Shown: positions 61,133 to 64,000 of the stretch, one piece after another
Position numbering within the stretch: the first letter of the stretch is position 1
Layout of the letters: each line of letters opens with the position of its first letter
Assembly: GCA_040437565.1 (NCBI GenBank)
Contig: JBDOQK010000002.1
Coordinates: forward strand, 682,001-746,000
Direction of reading: 5' to 3'
Length of the DNA stretch: 64,000 bases
Source of the DNA: Albugo candida
Lineage: Eukaryota
The notes under the pieces: generated by a model
Told to the model about the DNA's origin: nothing
What the model saw: only the letters and a program-made list of their open reading frames with translations
The model's database searches: none
Made by a program: the position numbers and the translations under genes

Positions 61133-62803
61133 ATGTCTTCGAGTACACCCATGTCAGCCAACTCCGTAACACCACACGATTTAGTTTCTGGGACGCTGTC
61201 ACATCAGTATACTATGTCAATGAGAAAATCTATGAATATACGTACTACGCAACATTGTCAACAACCAATGAGTCAACCACAACAAGTTTTACATATCGAA
61301 GCGTATCAACATGATCGTAGTGATACACATCGTATACAACACCACGACCATCATCATATTCGTGCGCAACATAATGAATCGCATGTACATCCATCAATGG
61401 CAATGAATGTAAATGAATTAGCAATGCGTATTTATCCTCAATCGCTTACCACTCCTATCACAATGGCAATGACACAGTCAGAGATGTCAGAGGTAGGAAC
61501 ATCCAACTCAAATATCAATCCAGTACCTTATTGGCGCGCACCATCCGTAGAAGTCCAGCAATATAAAAATACCTTAGATTTAGAATTCAATGATTTTATG
61601 GTTAATGGTACCGCTTTATCTGCGATGCCACTAAGGGATGATAGTACTCCGATTCCGCATGAGGGATCCAATATGTGTATTGGTTCGATTCCCGCTACGT
61701 TTCAAGCATACTCAGGTATAACTGGTGTTGGTATACAGCCCAATCGTATAAAGCCACAAACGTATACTTACGTGCAATCTTCACCCTCAATGCGATTACC
61801 TACTCAGTCCGATCAAGAGATTTCATCCAATCGAACGCAGTGTTCAAATGTCCCGCTCAATTCGCATACAAAAAAGAGGACAAATGTGTCGTATCAGGAC
61901 TCGCAAATAACGGAGCCAGTCTCGAAACAATCTGAATCAGTCCAATACTATTCGGATCGGAGTACGCAATATCCTAAATTTGGCTATTCTTCAGGTCAAG
62001 ACGGGACTTCCATACCATCTTTATCCATTTACACCAGCGTCCAATCGGGAAGTTCACAATTCACAGATGAATTGGATTTACGGCAGAAGAAAATCGACGA
62101 AAGAAATGAAAAATGTGAATTCCATAATTGTTTGAATCGTGCTCGCGTCTCTCAAATATATGGAAAATTTTGTAATCGCCATGTGATTGTCGCTCCGTGT
62201 GGATTTCCAGGTTGTCGAGATAAAGCGATGAACAAGTCGTCCATGTGCGTTAAGCATCTTTCTTTGGGCAAAGATGCTCTTCATCGTGTATTGGCAAATC
62301 GAGCACAAAACGTTCCAGTTTGTAAGACGCTAGGATGCTTCAAGAATGATCAAGGAAGAGGCCATTGTCGTGGTCATGAAAAGCTCTTGATGGCGACTGG
62401 AAGATTGCCCAAACACATCAACAAACGCCGCCTTAACAGCGCGTACACAATGTGCAGTTACCCGCATTGCTCCAAACATTCGCAACGAAACCATTTATGC
62501 CGTACGCATGGAAATCTAATCATCAAACAAGCAAGAGAAGTGGCAGCACAATCGAATAATGAATCATTTGATGAAATTCTTACCCGTTTACAAAAAGATG
62601 TGAAGCGATGTACCCATCCGAATTGTACTAAAAACTCCCAACGAGATCGATTGTGCACGATGCATTACCATGAAAAAACCAATTCGCAGTTGAGTGGAGA
62701 GAAGAAAGAGAGTCTTGCAGATGATCACGTTGACATAAAGAAAAACGTGGAGAGCCACATACAAACACAGGTCGAAAGTTTGGATCACGTCGAAGGAATG
62801 TAA
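61133..62803 (+). CDS. Cys/His-repeat (C-x4-C...C-x2-H, WRKY19-like zinc-repeat) protein, putative transcription regulator
   Basis: 556-aa ORF with an S/Q/H-rich N-terminus and five repeats: CEFHNC..FCNRH, CGFPGC..MCVKH, CKTLGC..HCRGH, CSYPHC..LCRTH, CTHPNC..LCTMH. The 5' part is duplicated at 60622-60962 by a gap overlap. Confidence 0.8.
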   Translation: MSSSTPMSANSVTPHDLVSGTLSHQYTMSMRKSMNIRTTQHCQQPMSQPQQVLHIEAYQHDRSDTHRIQHHDHHHIRAQHNESHVHPSMAMNVNELAMRIYPQSLTTPITMAMTQSEMSEVGTSNSNINPVPYWRAPSVEVQQYKNTLDLEFNDFMVNGTALSAMPLRDDSTPIPHEGSNMCIGSIPATFQAYSGITGVGIQPNRIKPQTYTYVQSSPSMRLPTQSDQEISSNRTQCSNVPLNSHTKKRTNVSYQDSQITEPVSKQSESVQYYSDRSTQYPKFGYSSGQDGTSIPSLSIYTSVQSGSSQFTDELDLRQKKIDERNEKCEFHNCLNRARVSQIYGKFCNRHVIVAPCGFPGCRDKAMNKSSMCVKHLSLGKDALHRVLANRAQNVPVCKTLGCFKNDQGRGHCRGHEKLLMATGRLPKHINKRRLNSAYTMCSYPHCSKHSQRNHLCRTHGNLIIKQAREVAAQSNNESFDEILTRLQKDVKRCTHPNCTKNSQRDRLCTMHYHEKTNSQLSGEKKESLADDHVDIKKNVESHIQTQVESLDHVEGM

Positions 62804-63042
62804 TATGGATCATCGACATTCGAGTCTCTGCGGCCTAGGATTGTCCATCATCATTCTTACGGAAATCACGAACGCTGATGATAGGTTCCATGTATTGTAA
62901 TATAGCTGGGTAGAATGTTGTATTACTGTCAATGCTTTGTAGAGATTCTAACGATTCGAGTGGATTTGGTTGGTCTCTTGTACGAACGTGTAATGTAGAT
63001 GAGCAAATGGGCCAGAACAATCTGCATTAAGGATCCTAATCA

Positions 63043-64000
63043 TCACAGTATGCATTTCGGACCGAAGAAAAAGTATAAAATCTTCCGGTGTGTTGGCTTT
63101 AACTGTGCTGCTGAGCTCGCCATGATAAGTGCCAATGAGATTGAAAACATCAACACTTCACTGTGGCGAATATAACGAACGATTCTGCGTTGTTCAAGGA
63201 TCTTCCAGTAAATCGCAATTGCTTTCGATATGGAATAGAGCGTCAGGATGGATCGATGCTTTTGATATTCCAGAAAAATGCTAAATCCCGCAATAATCTA
63301 CTCCACATCACATTGCCACAAGTACAAAAATGAGCACATTGGAAGCACGTACACCGCCGATGAAACCCTCCATTTCGAAATCTCGTTGCAAACTGTTTCG
63401 AATTGCACAAATTGACAGTTTTGTGAGAATCTAAAACTGCATTCAGATATATCGGTATACACAACGCGAATACGCTAATTCGGACCGTATTTGTTGATAA
63501 GAATGTTGATGACCAAAATGTTGCTCGTAGTAAACGGAATAGTGTCGATATCGGACTCTGATGTAAATGTCGCATTCCAAAGACCAAAATTGACAACGCG
63601 TGCACTGCAGCATACATTTGCGATGCTCGCCCAATTCCAACGATAAAATCCTTGCAAGCGTGAGCGACGCATGATTCTCTATAATAGGACAGTCAAATTT
63701 ATTGTAGCGGTTTAACGACTTTGGTGTCTGACTTGTGGAAATGCGGTTGGCATGGACGAAATACAGCGTCACTCCCTGCAGGTGCTACTTGCCGGTTACG
63801 AACGGTACAATTGAGTCCATAATTCGTTAGAGATGTGCACTTGAGTATTCGGTGGTGGTAAGCCTAAGGACCAAAATATTTGTCTCGTACCAAACCTAAG
63901 TATTGTAATGCTCATACCGAAGAAAGGAATGATTGTCGCAATAGTACAATGAATGCATTACTGACGATGAATAGGACTTCCGTCAGATACGGTAGCTGGC
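63043..64000 (-). CDS. TMEM135-like membrane protein, multi-exon, 5' end outside window
   Basis: Read manually: PCQPHFH, VYAAVHALSILVF...SPISTLFRLLRATFWSSTFL, and a last exon IAGFSIFLEYQKHRSILTLYSISKAI...HSEVLMFSISLALIM...ILYFFFGPKCIL* that is absent from the ORF track. Confidence 0.7.

Noticed and set aside
1..64000. CRISPR arrays, rRNA genes, telomeric or satellite repeats
   Set aside because: None seen.

Overview
Eukaryotic, gene-dense scaffold with many short (about 35-60 nt) GT-AG introns. Gene content and compactness suggest an oomycete, most like Albugo; this is an inference and was not verified. I can support about 20 protein-coding genes. In order: mitochondrial-type FtsZ, PX-domain protein, L-type lectin, WKF-domain protein, histidine phosphatase, coiled-coil protein, EF-hand NADPH oxidase, RFC4, Sec13, Rab1/Ypt1, GH72 glucanosyltransferase, OLA1/YchF, kelch-bearing outer-arm dynein heavy chain, SKI3-like TPR protein, ABHD18-like hydrolase, bacterial-type HisRS, hemerythrin-like CaaX protein, an ATPase-less CHD1-like protein, FOP/CEP43-like protein, TMEM70-like protein, a Cys/His-repeat protein and a partial TMEM135-like gene. 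There are twelve 100-N gaps; nine are flanked by duplicated sequence, so most apparent tandem gene copies are assembly artefacts. Gene-poor stretches hold a decayed Ty1/copia RT and a tRNA-derived, strongly hairpinned repeat present in two copies. The most unusual observations are the CHD1 C-terminal-only protein (SANT-SLIDE plus CHCT, no ATPase), the four-hairpin Pol III-type element, two convergent gene pairs whose stop codons overlap, and a NOX5-type CxxC insert. I found no clearly demonstrable new multi-gene system. All family calls come from motif recognition by eye, with no database searches.
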